Sequence record: PV683292.1
Source: Klebsiella phage HMGUkp2
Length of the DNA stretch: 64,000 nt
Strand: one strand, 5' to 3'
Part shown: piece by piece, positions 35,911 to 46,204 of the stretch
Numbering within the stretch: the first letter of the stretch is position 1
Layout: each line of letters starts with the position of its first letter
Notes under the pieces: generated by a model
What the model was told of the DNA's origin: nothing
Databases searched by the model: none
The model's input: only the letters and a program-made list of their open reading frames with translations
Made by a program: the position numbers and the translations under genes

Positions 35911-36327
35911 ATGAAAGAAATCGCAGATGAATTTAGCTTCATTAAGTATGTTAGTCTAGAACTGGATGAATCAGACTGTACTATAAAGCAGCTGGAGGTA
36001 CCAAACAAATTTAATGTAGTATACGCCATAGCAGTCGATGATGAACTAGTCTACATAGGTAAAACTAAGAATCTTCGCAAACGTATCAATTACTACCGGA
36101 CATCGATTAACAGACGAGACACTAACTCAGATTCTGTCAAATCTGCTAAAATTTTTGACGCGTTAATATCCGGTAAAAAGGTTGAATTCTATGCACGTCA
36201 GTGTTTCAACCTACTCATTAACAATGAACTTGGTGAGATGTCGATTTCGACTATGGATCTTGAGGAACCTATGTTCATCAAAAAGTTCAATCCACCTTGG
36301 AACACCCAACACAGGATAAAGAAATGA
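35911..36327 (+). CDS. denA: endonuclease II (GIY-YIG)
   Basis: 138 aa, near-identical to T4 DenA (…VYAIAVDDELVYIGKTKNLRKRINYYRT…EFYARQCFNL…). Confidence 0.92.
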   Translation: MKEIADEFSFIKYVSLELDESDCTIKQLEVPNKFNVVYAIAVDDELVYIGKTKNLRKRINYYRTSINRRDTNSDSVKSAKIFDALISGKKVEFYARQCFNLLINNELGEMSISTMDLEEPMFIKKFNPPWNTQHRIKK

Positions 36328-37481
36328 TCGAATTATACGATAATCTCATGGCGGTCTGCAATAAGACTGAAGCCTCTAAGTTCTTTTATAAAGATGTTAC
36401 AGGACGCTACGGGACTAAGTTCCGTATCTTCAGCTATCACTATGCTTCGTACAGCGATTGGCTCTTAGACGGCGCCCTGGAAGCCCGAGGCATTATGTTT
36501 GAGATGGACGACAACGGTCCTGTTCGCATTGCCTCTCGCCCTATGGAAAAGTTCTTTAATCTGAACGAAAATCCATTGACGATGAACTTAGATCTTTCTA
36601 AAATCCAATACGTTATGGATAAGGCCGACGGTTCTTTGATTTCGACTTATTGCGAAGGCGATAAAGTTCTTGTGAAATCTAAAACTTCTACTACTTCAGA
36701 GCAGGCTTTTGCTGCCGAACGTCTTCTGTACCAAGATAAGTACCTTCCTTTGTATCTTAAGATGGAAGAACTGGTGCCTAAAGGCTATACGTTTAACTTA
36801 GAATACGCGGCCCCAAACAACAGGGTTGTTTTATATTATGAAGAGCCAACTATCTTCCTGCTGAACGTGCGACATAATGATACCGGCGAGTATGTTCCTT
36901 ATGCTGACCTTTATGCCGATGCTGTTCTACGTCAATATCTGATTCCTTCTCATGTAATTGATGACGGTGAAGCCTGGGTCAAAGAAACCCGCAAAGCAGA
37001 AGGTATCGAAGGCTATATTGCTGTTCTTGAAAGCGGCCAACGGTTCAAGCTTAAAACTGATTGGTACTGCCTGCTTCATCATACTAAAGACTCGATTACT
37101 TCTAATGAACGTCTGTATGAAGCAATCGTAGGTGGTGCTGCTGATGATCTTCGTGCTATGTTTGATGGTGATACTTATGCTGTCTCTAAAATTGCGGCAT
37201 TTGAAAGCGAGTATATTCAGTATTTGTCTAGTGCACTGCTAGAAGTCCAAGGTTACTACGACGTCATGCGCGGGCGAGAGCGTAAAGACTATGCCATCAA
37301 AGGCCAGGAAACAGCTACAAAAAATGGTAAGCCTGAACTGTTCAGCCTTATGATGCAGATGTACTCAGGTACTATGAGCTCTGAAGCTATTGTTAAAGGT
37401 ATTGAAAAGGCCTTCTTGAAGGTCTGGCCAAAATACGTGCCTGCCCTTTATAGTAAAGAAATCAAAATGGTTGAAGAGTAG
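36324..37481 (+). CDS. rnlA: RNA ligase 1
   Basis: MIELYDNLMAVCNK…FRIFSYHYASYSDWLLDGALEARGIMFEMDDNGPVRIASRPMEKFFNLNEN… matches T4 Rnl1. ATG 36324 overlaps the denA stop. Confidence 0.9.
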   Translation: MIELYDNLMAVCNKTEASKFFYKDVTGRYGTKFRIFSYHYASYSDWLLDGALEARGIMFEMDDNGPVRIASRPMEKFFNLNENPLTMNLDLSKIQYVMDKADGSLISTYCEGDKVLVKSKTSTTSEQAFAAERLLYQDKYLPLYLKMEELVPKGYTFNLEYAAPNNRVVLYYEEPTIFLLNVRHNDTGEYVPYADLYADAVLRQYLIPSHVIDDGEAWVKETRKAEGIEGYIAVLESGQRFKLKTDWYCLLHHTKDSITSNERLYEAIVGGAADDLRAMFDGDTYAVSKIAAFESEYIQYLSSALLEVQGYYDVMRGRERKDYAIKGQETATKNGKPELFSLMMQMYSGTMSSEAIVKGIEKAFLKVWPKYVPALYSKEIKMVEE

Positions 37482-37532
37482 TTTACAACCTCGTTTGTTC
37501 GTGTTATGATACCCATATACCAACAAACGAGG
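37481..37532 (+). promoter_or_regulatory. early promoter with the -10 region inside an 11-bp perfect inverted repeat
   Basis: GTTTAC(37481-37486). The arms CCTCGTTTGTT(37489-37499) and AACAAACGAGG(37522-37532) bracket TGTTATGAT(37505-37510). Confidence 0.6.
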
Positions 37533-37539
37533 AACCAAA

Positions 37540-38049
37540 ATGAACCTACAAACCATTTCTAATGATGATGTTGTTGCCCACTTCGAAGGTACTTCTCATG
37601 ACGGGATCTATGTCTATAAAGGCCAAAAGAAACTTGGATTCATTACGGACCTGCGCGTTACCATGGGTCGAAAACTGGCTACGAAGTTTAAGCAAAAACA
37701 GTATTCAACTAAGCAAGCCGAAGAACGCCGAGAAGCAATGCCGGCCGCAGTAGAAGAAATGCATTCATTTCTTGAAAATCAGTTGACTAAGTACGGAGCT
37801 GAAGTGAAAATCAATATCACCCAGCCTAATGTTCACCTGAATGGTCATAAATGCTATATTATTTGTGATCCTCTTTCTGACAAGTTCAATCGCTTAGGTA
37901 TTAAGCATTTGTATAAAACCAGCGAGGATATGGCCCTTGAACTCGACGGCTATAAAATCCAGGTAGACAAAGCTCCTAAGCATATTCTCGTCAACAACTT
38001 GTCTCGTGATGAGATTGTTGAGGTAATCAAAAAGTTATGTCTAAACTAA
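37540..38049 (+). CDS. alc: probable Alc (host transcription unfolder) by synteny
   Basis: 169-aa ORF (T4 Alc is 167 aa) between rnlA and the spanin pair. It follows the early promoter at 37481-37510. Assigned by position and size only. Confidence 0.45.
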   Translation: MNLQTISNDDVVAHFEGTSHDGIYVYKGQKKLGFITDLRVTMGRKLATKFKQKQYSTKQAEERREAMPAAVEEMHSFLENQLTKYGAEVKINITQPNVHLNGHKCYIICDPLSDKFNRLGIKHLYKTSEDMALELDGYKIQVDKAPKHILVNNLSRDEIVEVIKKLCLN

Positions 38050-38387
38050 AAATTTACATTATAGTCGGTCTACTAATTGCAGGTCTATTCGGTACTACAA
38101 AGTACCTGAGTTATCGAGTAGATACGCTAAAAGAACAAGTAGCCCAGATTGAAGGTGTAGCAAAAGCTCAGCAGCTGCAGATTGATCTTATTGCTACACA
38201 GCTGCAAGGTATCCAAGCTCTTACAGAAAAGAACAAGGCTGCTATCGATGCTCGTAATGCAAAAGATAAAACCTTGACCGCTAATAAAAAGCGTGAAGCT
38301 GAATTAGTAGACCCTAAAGCAGTAAAAGAAATAATAAACGATCCATTTAATGAGTTCGCTAGAGAGCTCCAGGAAGCGACCAGATGA
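38037..38387 (+). CDS. pseT.3: inner-membrane spanin (Rz-like; T4 PseT.3 equivalent)
   Basis: 116 aa. N-terminal TM helix (IYIIVGLLIAGLFG) followed by coiled-coil, in the T4 pseT.3 position. Confidence 0.65.
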   Translation: MSKLKIYIIVGLLIAGLFGTTKYLSYRVDTLKEQVAQIEGVAKAQQLQIDLIATQLQGIQALTEKNKAAIDARNAKDKTLTANKKREAELVDPKAVKEIINDPFNEFARELQEATR

Positions 38388-38677
38388 AAAGAATGATATC
38401 GGCTGTATGTTTATCTCTTGCTCTGGTAGGATGCTCTCAGGCGATTCCTGAAGTGAAACCTGCGCCGAGAGTTGATGCTACCTGGCCGGATCCGATTAAA
38501 GAATACCAAGCCGAATGGCAGGTACATGAGATTGATGGACAGAAATGGGTCGGCATGCCGTTTACCGAGTTCCAGGATTTTCGTATCTGGACTAACGACA
38601 TCCTTCGGTATGTACAACAATCTAATAACGTGATATGTTATTATCGCGCTCCGTTAAAAGAGCCGAAATGTCAGTGA
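38384..38677 (+). CDS. pseT.2: outer-membrane lipoprotein spanin (Rz1-like; T4 PseT.2 equivalent)
   Basis: 97 aa. Signal peptide with lipobox LALVGC|S, start overlapping the i-spanin stop. Confidence 0.6.
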   Translation: MKRMISAVCLSLALVGCSQAIPEVKPAPRVDATWPDPIKEYQAEWQVHEIDGQKWVGMPFTEFQDFRIWTNDILRYVQQSNNVICYYRAPLKEPKCQ

Positions 38678-38720
38678 GGCTTCGGCCTCACTCGGATGAT
38701 AAAATTTTGAGGAACTTGTT

Positions 38721-39206
38721 ATGACTCTTCGTTCTAACTCTTTCGTTGCAGAACCATCCTATCTGTCTAACGTAAAAGTCACTTCTCTTCGCAAAATCAT
38801 GATGATTGGTTCTTGCGCTCTTACACCCCTTGAAAAGAAAGCAACCTTCAGTTACGAATGGAAAAATATCGACGGCATTGATTGTGTCACTAAAGTGATG
38901 TATTATGCCCCAGGTCAAGATTACGTGTCTCGTGTATATGATCTGAATCCGCAGACATACATTCGCTTATCCAAGTGGTATGCTATGATGCATCCGGTGT
39001 TTGACTACCCTCAGTTCTATGAAGATGCCGTAGAACGTAAACGTGTCCAAGATGTAGTTAAATGCTTTGAAGAAGCCGCTATTCAGCACGGTCAGCGTAA
39101 AGCAGCAGTGGCGAATGGCTTTATTTCTGATGTAGAATCTTATCTTCGCGGATCCGGTAAAATTTTGAAAGAAGCCCGCGAAGCTCTGTATGAGGAACTC
39201 TTTTAA
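38721..39206 (+). CDS. hypothetical protein
   Basis: 161-aa ORF. Confidence 0.4.
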   Translation: MTLRSNSFVAEPSYLSNVKVTSLRKIMMIGSCALTPLEKKATFSYEWKNIDGIDCVTKVMYYAPGQDYVSRVYDLNPQTYIRLSKWYAMMHPVFDYPQFYEDAVERKRVQDVVKCFEEAAIQHGQRKAAVANGFISDVESYLRGSGKILKEAREALYEELF

Positions 39207-39411
39207 TGACTAAAGAACAACTTGAAGAACTACGCGGCCTTATTTCCGAAGTTGAAATGAAATGCCTTATTTATGGACGAGCTTGCGAGCGCCATGATTT
39301 GAACGATGAATACTCTCGGTTCCCAGCTTTAAAGAAATATCGAACCGATAAACACCAAGCTTGGACCGAAGCATCTAATAAGTTGCATGTCTTTTTAAAC
39401 GGGTTAGTAAA

Positions 39412-39415
<4 letters not shown>
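39206..39415 (+). CDS. hypothetical protein
   Basis: 69-aa ORF. Confidence 0.4.
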
Positions 39416-40779
<1,364 letters not shown>

Positions 40780-40780
<1 letters not shown>

Positions 40781-40819
40781 TTTACAACGGCTGGAAGGCA
40801 TGATATGATGTACTTCCAG
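40780..40819 (+). promoter_or_regulatory. early promoter with the -10 region inside a 7-bp inverted repeat
   Basis: GTTTAC(40780-40785). The arms CTGGAAG(40791-40797) and CTTCCAG(40813-40819) bracket TGATATGAT(40804-40809). Confidence 0.55.
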
Positions 40820-40844
40820 TCTACTTGTACTTGAGGAAAATGAT

Positions 40845-41060
40845 ATGTACAATAAGCATCATGAAGTTGAAGAAGAAGCTTACAAAATGCTTCGGAAATG
40901 TGTTGGAATGAGCATAACCCCAGCTTTGATTAATGAACTGGCGCGTATTCGTACAGACCTGAATACTCGTTACAAAGATGAGTACCACGTTGAGTTTTTG
41001 CCTCTTTCTGATGTTAATACGCATTTCGTTGTTAATGTTAAAGTACACACCGTTCATTAA
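40845..41060 (+). CDS. hypothetical protein
   Basis: 71-aa ORF after the promoter at 40780-40809. Confidence 0.4.
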   Translation: MYNKHHEVEEEAYKMLRKCVGMSITPALINELARIRTDLNTRYKDEYHVEFLPLSDVNTHFVVNVKVHTVH

Positions 41061-41069
41061 GGAAAAGCT

Positions 41070-41348
41070 ATGTTCCCTAAATATTCTGAAGTAGTTAAAG
41101 TTGTTGCCTTGCAGGTTGTTGGTAATTACTGTGCTGATACCCTTGACAACTCCTTGAAAGCTAAAATGCACGCGGATTTCACAAGTGCTATTAATACGCT
41201 TATTCCAAATCATGGTAAAGTATCTCTCGAAGTAAATAGCATTGGCCTTCAGGCAGTTGTCGAAATTGTCTTTGAAGGCGGTGGTGGATTCACTGTTGAA
41301 GTAACAGGCATTTTCGGCACCCAAGAGGTTAATGTTTATGTACAGTGA
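41070..41348 (+). CDS. hypothetical protein
   Basis: 92-aa ORF. Confidence 0.4.
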   Translation: MFPKYSEVVKVVALQVVGNYCADTLDNSLKAKMHADFTSAINTLIPNHGKVSLEVNSIGLQAVVEIVFEGGGGFTVEVTGIFGTQEVNVYVQ

Positions 41349-41568
41349 TAAGACCTTCACAGCTTCAGAGTTTGCCGAGCTAATTCCTAAGTTTGCTCAA
41401 TCTTTGATTAATAAGATATCTGAACGTAACCCAAGCGCAAAGCTAAATGTGACGCAGGAAACACCTGCGTCTTATCTATTTACCGTTAAAGGTTTCAAGT
41501 CAGAGTACTACTTGATTGAGTTATTGCCTAATAATCATATTCAATCTACCTCAGTATATGCTTTCTAA
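41332..41568 (+). CDS. hypothetical protein
   Basis: 78-aa ORF. Confidence 0.4.
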   Translation: MFMYSDKTFTASEFAELIPKFAQSLINKISERNPSAKLNVTQETPASYLFTVKGFKSEYYLIELLPNNHIQSTSVYAF

Positions 41569-41611
41569 GGGCTTCGGCCCTTACTGGAGAATAATGTAAA
41601 TAAGGAACAAT

Positions 41612-42604
41612 ATGAGACCTTTAGTCGAAAGAATGATAAGCCCGGCTGAACTTGAGCGTCGTTGTAGGATTTCTCCAGAGCTGCAAAATCAAGTCAGTTT
41701 ACACCGCCAAGAAATCGATAAGATTATGACTGGGCACGATAAACGCCGTCTGGTTGTAGTAGGACCTTGTTCAATCCATGACGTAGTTGCTGCAGTTGAT
41801 TATGGTGAGCGCTTGGCTGAACTCCAAAAAGAACTTCCTAATCTTCTGCTTTGTATGCGTGTTTATTTTGAAAAACCTCGTACAACTGTCGGTTGGAAAG
41901 GTCTTATCAATGACCCATTCTTAGACGGCTCGTTTGAAATTAATGCTGGACTGGGTATTGCTCGCACCTTATGTCGCAAGCTTTTGCGAATGGGCCTACC
42001 GCTGGCAACAGAAGTTCTTGATCCGTTCACAATCAAATATCTGTCCGGTATTTTCTCTTGGGTCGCTATTGGCGCTCGCACTACCGAATCACAGACTCAT
42101 CGCGAAATCGCCTCAGGCCTGCCAATGACTGTCGGTTTTAAGAACGGGACAAATGGCTCTATTAAGGTTGCTACTGACGCTATGCAATCTGCGGCGTTCC
42201 CACACCACTATATGGGAATGGACCAAAACGGTGTGGTAGGCATTGTCTCAGCGCCAGGTAACAAGAGTACTCATATTGTTCTGCGTGGCGGTTCAGAAGG
42301 AACTAACTACGATAAAGAATCGGTTTTTGATGCTATCTCTCAGGCCCAGAAGGCCGGGGTTAACCAATACTTGATGGTTGATTGCTCTCATGCTAACGCC
42401 CAAGGTTCTTTCTTGAACCAGGTTGCAGTTTGTGCTGAAGCAGCAGAACTAGCGAACGTTCGAGGAATTATGTTAGAATCTAACCTTAAACAAGGTAATC
42501 AAAAGATTTCTACAGACCTTGAATATGGTGTATCAATTACTGATGCGTGTATTGGCTGGGAAACCACTGAAATGGTTCTCCGTAATCTGAATAACAAAGG
42601 TTAA
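41612..42604 (+). CDS. 3-deoxy-D-arabino-heptulosonate-7-phosphate (DAHP) synthase, type I alpha (AroG/AroF/AroH family)
   Basis: 330 aa. RLVVVGPCSIHD, MRVYFEKPRTTVGWKGLINDP, IGARTTESQTHRE, GFKNGTNGSIKVA, KSITDACIGWE are the conserved blocks of E. coli AroG-type DAHP synthases. Confidence 0.85.
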   Translation: MRPLVERMISPAELERRCRISPELQNQVSLHRQEIDKIMTGHDKRRLVVVGPCSIHDVVAAVDYGERLAELQKELPNLLLCMRVYFEKPRTTVGWKGLINDPFLDGSFEINAGLGIARTLCRKLLRMGLPLATEVLDPFTIKYLSGIFSWVAIGARTTESQTHREIASGLPMTVGFKNGTNGSIKVATDAMQSAAFPHHYMGMDQNGVVGIVSAPGNKSTHIVLRGGSEGTNYDKESVFDAISQAQKAGVNQYLMVDCSHANAQGSFLNQVAVCAEAAELANVRGIMLESNLKQGNQKISTDLEYGVSITDACIGWETTEMVLRNLNNKG

Positions 42605-42606
42605 AA

Positions 42607-43167
42607 ATGAAAGCATCTACCTATCTTCAAATCGCATACCTGATTTCCCAAGAATCAAAATGCTGCTCTTGGAAAGTAGGTGCGGTTATCGAAAAAGATG
42701 GTCGCATCATTTCTACAGGGTATAACGGTTCTCCGGCCGGCGGAACTAACTGTTGTGACCATGCCGCACAGCAAGGTTGGACCAAGTTTATTCCTAATTC
42801 TGGGTCTGGCCGAATTTCAGGCAAAGGTGGACAAGTTGTTCTGGCTAAAGAACACAGACCCGCACATAGTGAATGGTCTTCTAAAAATGAAATCCACGCC
42901 GAACTGAACGCTATTTTGTTCGCGGCCCGTAAAGGTTCTTCAATTGAAGGCTCCACTCTGTATTGCACTGCATCTCCTTGCCCTGATTGTACTAAAGCTA
43001 TTTCTCAGTCAGGTATTAAAAAGGTTGTTTATGCGGAGCGCTATGATCGCTCTCCTGATGACTGGGCTGATATTCTGGTTGAAGCCGGAATTGAAGTTAT
43101 TGAATATAACCGTAAGAATCTTAACTCTCTGAACTGGGAACAGATTCGTAATTTTTGTGGTGAATAA
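42607..43167 (+). CDS. cd: dCMP deaminase
   Basis: 186 aa. Zinc-binding HAELNAI…PCPDC motifs, in the position of T4 cd. Confidence 0.88.
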   Translation: MKASTYLQIAYLISQESKCCSWKVGAVIEKDGRIISTGYNGSPAGGTNCCDHAAQQGWTKFIPNSGSGRISGKGGQVVLAKEHRPAHSEWSSKNEIHAELNAILFAARKGSSIEGSTLYCTASPCPDCTKAISQSGIKKVVYAERYDRSPDDWADILVEAGIEVIEYNRKNLNSLNWEQIRNFCGE

Positions 43168-43502
43168 TGAATCTTAACGAATTCGACTCTATCGTAAGCA
43201 TCAACCCGCCTATGCCAGAGCCTGTAGATGCAACTGAAAAATTTGCATTTATGCTCAAAGCTGCCGGTATTAATGTAATTGTTATCGGCGCTCCTTCGTT
43301 TTCTGTACAAACTATAAAACGTGGCGAGCGTTACAAAGTTGATATTGCATCTTTCAAGGCCCAGGATCTGGATCATCTGGTTTCTGAGATCGTGAAATTT
43401 AATCCGGATGTAGTTTATCTGCGTGAAGTAAAAGACTTTACTGAAATTGAAGGTAAACCTGCATACACTGTTCGCTTTAACTTTATTAAGGTAGAAGTAT
43501 GA
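43167..43502 (+). CDS. hypothetical protein
   Basis: 111-aa ORF. Confidence 0.4.
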   Translation: MNLNEFDSIVSINPPMPEPVDATEKFAFMLKAAGINVIVIGAPSFSVQTIKRGERYKVDIASFKAQDLDHLVSEIVKFNPDVVYLREVKDFTEIEGKPAYTVRFNFIKVEV

Positions 43503-43822
43503 AATTAACTACTGACCAAAAAATTGCTCTGCGTGAAGTTCTGAAAGTCAAACTATCCATGGGCGTATCAGATATAGTTTTCGAAAAAGCAGACGGCACT
43601 ATTCGTACTATGAAAGGTACCCGTGATAAAGATGTAGTTTCTTCTCTAGTTGGCGCCGAGATCTATGAAAGTTATGTGAATCCTTCTAAGCCACGTAAAG
43701 AATCCACCGATATGGTTCCTCTGTTTGATACCGAATTAAAACAATGGCGTGGATTCAGCATTGACAAACTGATCTCTGTTAACGGCATGAAAGCAGAACA
43801 TTTACTCCAATTTGTTGGCTAA
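43499..43822 (+). CDS. hypothetical protein
   Basis: 107-aa ORF. Confidence 0.4.
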   Translation: MKLTTDQKIALREVLKVKLSMGVSDIVFEKADGTIRTMKGTRDKDVVSSLVGAEIYESYVNPSKPRKESTDMVPLFDTELKQWRGFSIDKLISVNGMKAEHLLQFVG

Positions 43823-43886
43823 TCTGTTATATGCTTTAAGAATGTTTTGATATTATTATTCTATCCTAACAACAAAAGAGATAACT

Positions 43887-44216
43887 ATGACTGATTTACC
43901 AATTCGTGCTCTTGGTGAGTATGTTATTTTAGTGTCTGAACCTGCCCAGGCTGGTGAGCCAGAAGTTTCTGCTGGCGGCATTATCATTGAACAACGCCGC
44001 TCTCAAGGCGAAGTTCCTGAACTGTGTGAAATCTATTCTATCGGTGAAGATGTTCCTAAAGGTTTCGTTGAAGTTGGCGATCTGACTCCAACCCCTTTAG
44101 GCAGCATCAAACATGTGACTCATCCTTTGGTTGCGGCTGGTATAGCTAAAGCTAAAGATATTAAGCAGAAATTCGTCACTGTACATTATAAAAATTTGAC
44201 GTGTGTTTACAAGTGA
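43887..44216 (+). CDS. 31: co-chaperonin gp31 (GroES analogue for capsid folding)
   Basis: 109 aa. [21 protein letters not shown]…QGEVPELCE…[10 protein letters not shown] is near-identical to T4 gp31. Confidence 0.92.
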   Translation: MTDLPIRALGEYVILVSEPAQAGEPEVSAGGIIIEQRRSQGEVPELCEIYSIGEDVPKGFVEVGDLTPTPLGSIKHVTHPLVAAGIAKAKDIKQKFVTVHYKNLTCVYK

Positions 44217-44224
44217 TATAAATA
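44217..44224 (+). promoter_or_regulatory. late promoter consensus TATAAATA after gene 31
   Basis: Exact octamer. It lies about 130 nt upstream of rIII with an intervening hairpin. Confidence 0.35.
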
Positions 44225-44353
44225 AAAGTATGAAGTGATGTGAGAACTACCTCCAAAAAGGGCATGTCACATTAACTTCTATGCGGTGGAGATGCGTTAA
44301 GCCGAATGGGTCTTAAGGCTCCACCTTTTATTCACCTCACTTGAGGTTCTATA

Positions 44354-44602
44354 ATGAAAGATACTATCAAATTTGTACTTGACATCCAGCGTCAATCCTG
44401 GAATAACGGCCACGAGAACTACGGCGCCTCCATCGATGTAGAAGCAGCAATGCTTGATCTGCTCGGTTATTTCAAACATCTGAACCCAGCTCAGAAAGCT
44501 CTTGAAGCCGAACTAGCTGCTAAAGATGAACTGAAATATGCTAAGCCGCTGTGTGCTAAGGCTCATAAAGCTGTTCGCCACTTTGTGGTAACGCTGAAGT
44601 AA
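44354..44602 (+). CDS. rIII: probable rIII lysis-inhibition accessory protein
   Basis: 82-aa ORF (T4 RIII is 82 aa) directly downstream of gene 31, as in T4. Confidence 0.55.
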   Translation: MKDTIKFVLDIQRQSWNNGHENYGASIDVEAAMLDLLGYFKHLNPAQKALEAELAAKDELKYAKPLCAKAHKAVRHFVVTLK

Positions 44603-44941
44603 TTTGTACGCCCACCATGTGTACGCATGGGTAACGTATGATGTGGACGTTGTTGGTTATCCCCACGTAAAACATCCGAAACCAACGGTGATTTGCTACC
44701 AAAGTGCAGCTAGAAAATAAACGGCAAGTGCATGCTACCCCGAGGCGATGGCTAATCGGGAGTACGCCTCAAGGCCTATACATCCATCGGTGTATATCTT
44801 ATCCCCGATAAATCGGACCCGGAACCTTTAAGCTAACGGTGTGCAACAGATAAGAGTTTAAACGTACCCCTTTGAGGGCTTGCGGGAGCTACAACCGAAA
44901 GAACTGTCGAAAGAAGTTGAACCTCGGAAGAACGTGCTCCC
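44603..44941. other. 340-nt GC-rich non-coding block with many local hairpins and short repeats
   Basis: No ORF of 40 codons or more on either strand. About 50% GC against roughly 40% for the surrounding genome. Hairpins GTTGGTT…AACCAAC, GAGGCG…CGCCTC, TATACA…TGTATA, GGGAGC…GCTCCC, and the repeats AAGTGCA x2, TGCTACC x2, CGRAAGAA x3. Confidence 0.5.
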
Positions 44942-44971
44942 ATGTATTTCTCCAAAATGGAAGACTTTATA

Positions 44972-45154
44972 ATGGCTAAACAAGCAAAAGCAAAAGCAAA
45001 AACTGCAGTAAAAGAAGTTGTTGGTACCTCTAAACGCGCTGGCTACAAGCGTGCGTCGAACAAGCGTATCAATCAGACGGTTGAGAAAATCATGCGTCGG
45101 GCTCGTGCGGTTCTTCGCGATGATGCTTCTCGTTTTGGTAAGCCGAAGGCATAA
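44972..45154 (+). CDS. small basic protein (MAKQAKAKAK…)
   Basis: ORF 44942-45154. The more likely start is ATG 44972. It is followed by a strong terminator. Confidence 0.4.
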   Translation: MAKQAKAKAKTAVKEVVGTSKRAGYKRASNKRINQTVEKIMRRARAVLRDDASRFGKPKA

Positions 45155-45159
45155 GTTTA

Positions 45160-45186
45160 GGGACTCCTACGGGAGTCCCTTTTTTG
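45160..45186 (+). terminator. rho-independent terminator
   Basis: GGGACUCC-UAC-GGGAGUCCC followed by TTTTTTG. Confidence 0.85.
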
Positions 45187-45200
45187 TTTTAGTAGAAGGT

Positions 45201-45240
45201 GTTTACATCAGCTTTAGGTTGTGGTATAGTACTCTTACAC
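45201..45240 (+). promoter_or_regulatory. early promoter
   Basis: GTTTAC(45201-45206), spacer, TGGTATAGT(45235-45240), then ACUCUUACACCAACAAACCGGAG…ATG(45260). Confidence 0.65.
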
Positions 45241-45259
45241 CAACAAACCGGAGAATAAA

Positions 45260-45625
45260 ATGAAAATCAATCTGAATGCTACTGTTAAGTGCAAAGACCA
45301 TGACGGCTATAAAGCCCAAGTAGTTCATGAAGCCCAGTGGATGCTTAGCAAAGAGCAATTCGAACTGGTTTACTGTATGACTCCTGAGGGCCCTTCAGAT
45401 GATTTCTCATGGAAAATTCGTTTGACTAATTTCTTCACCGGTGAAGAGTATGTTTTGAAAACCCTTGTTGTTGGTAAAATCATTTCCGAGACTTACGAAG
45501 ATGAAGACGGTTACTCAGAAGATGTAACGTACTACAAAAACGGCCGTCAAGTGGCTGATGACCTGATTGAAAAAATGAAAGCTAAAGGTCTTATTGATTT
45601 AACTCATTGGACCTTTATCGGTTAA
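45260..45625 (+). CDS. hypothetical protein (30.x region)
   Basis: 121-aa ORF after the promoter at 45201-45240. Confidence 0.45.
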   Translation: MKINLNATVKCKDHDGYKAQVVHEAQWMLSKEQFELVYCMTPEGPSDDFSWKIRLTNFFTGEEYVLKTLVVGKIISETYEDEDGYSEDVTYYKNGRQVADDLIEKMKAKGLIDLTHWTFIG

Positions 45626-45664
45626 TTGACTGGGGCTTCGGCCCCTCCTTTTGAGGAAATAGAA

Positions 45665-46195
45665 ATGCGTAATTATGAACTGGATGCAACTTATAAGCTT
45701 TCCGACGAAGCGGTCAAGCGGTTCTCTGAAAGTAGCCATAAAGGATTAAATTACTGCCTGGCTCGTGAAATTGGTACTCGTCTTTGGAAGCCGGTTTCTC
45801 TCGATTCAAGTGGGTGTGTTCAAGCTATTGAAATGGTTGGCACCGGGCGAGTCATTGCACCTAAAGACCTTAACTGCGCTGATATCAAAGGCCGCGAACA
45901 ATCATATGTAATGTTTACCTGTGGTGAGCTTGATGTTGGCACTGTTGAGCGGTACATTGAACGTAATCCGGTTCAGGTAGAAGTCGAGCCTCTGTATCTT
46001 GTTCTAGAACGTTCTAAAAACTTTGAACGGGCTTCTATTGCTTATCGCGGCAATCAGTGTGCTTTCACTCTTGAAGAAGCAAAACAGATGGTTGCAGAAC
46101 TCTGTCTGATTGCTCCTGTTGAAACAACGTACGAGTTGTACAAATTCTACGGCACTGCAAAGCCTGTTGTTACCACCGTAATCGAAGTTAAATAA
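45665..46195 (+). CDS. hypothetical protein
   Basis: ATG 45665 (MRNYELD…) was chosen. The track's 45626 start would include the upstream UUCG hairpin terminator. Confidence 0.4.
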   Translation: MRNYELDATYKLSDEAVKRFSESSHKGLNYCLAREIGTRLWKPVSLDSSGCVQAIEMVGTGRVIAPKDLNCADIKGREQSYVMFTCGELDVGTVERYIERNPVQVEVEPLYLVLERSKNFERASIAYRGNQCAFTLEEAKQMVAELCLIAPVETTYELYKFYGTAKPVVTTVIEVK

Positions 46196-46204
46196 GGAAC
46201 TAAA

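Noticed and set aside
44603-44941. Possibility that the ORF-less block contains a tRNA gene
   Set aside because: No GTTCRA T-loop motif and no acceptor-stem / anticodon-arm arrangement was found. T4-like tRNA clusters also lie elsewhere in the genome.
45626-45664. Track start at 45626 for the 189-aa ORF
   Set aside because: That start would translate through the GGGGCUUCGGCCCC terminator hairpin. ATG 45665 with the GAGGAAA RBS is the sensible start.
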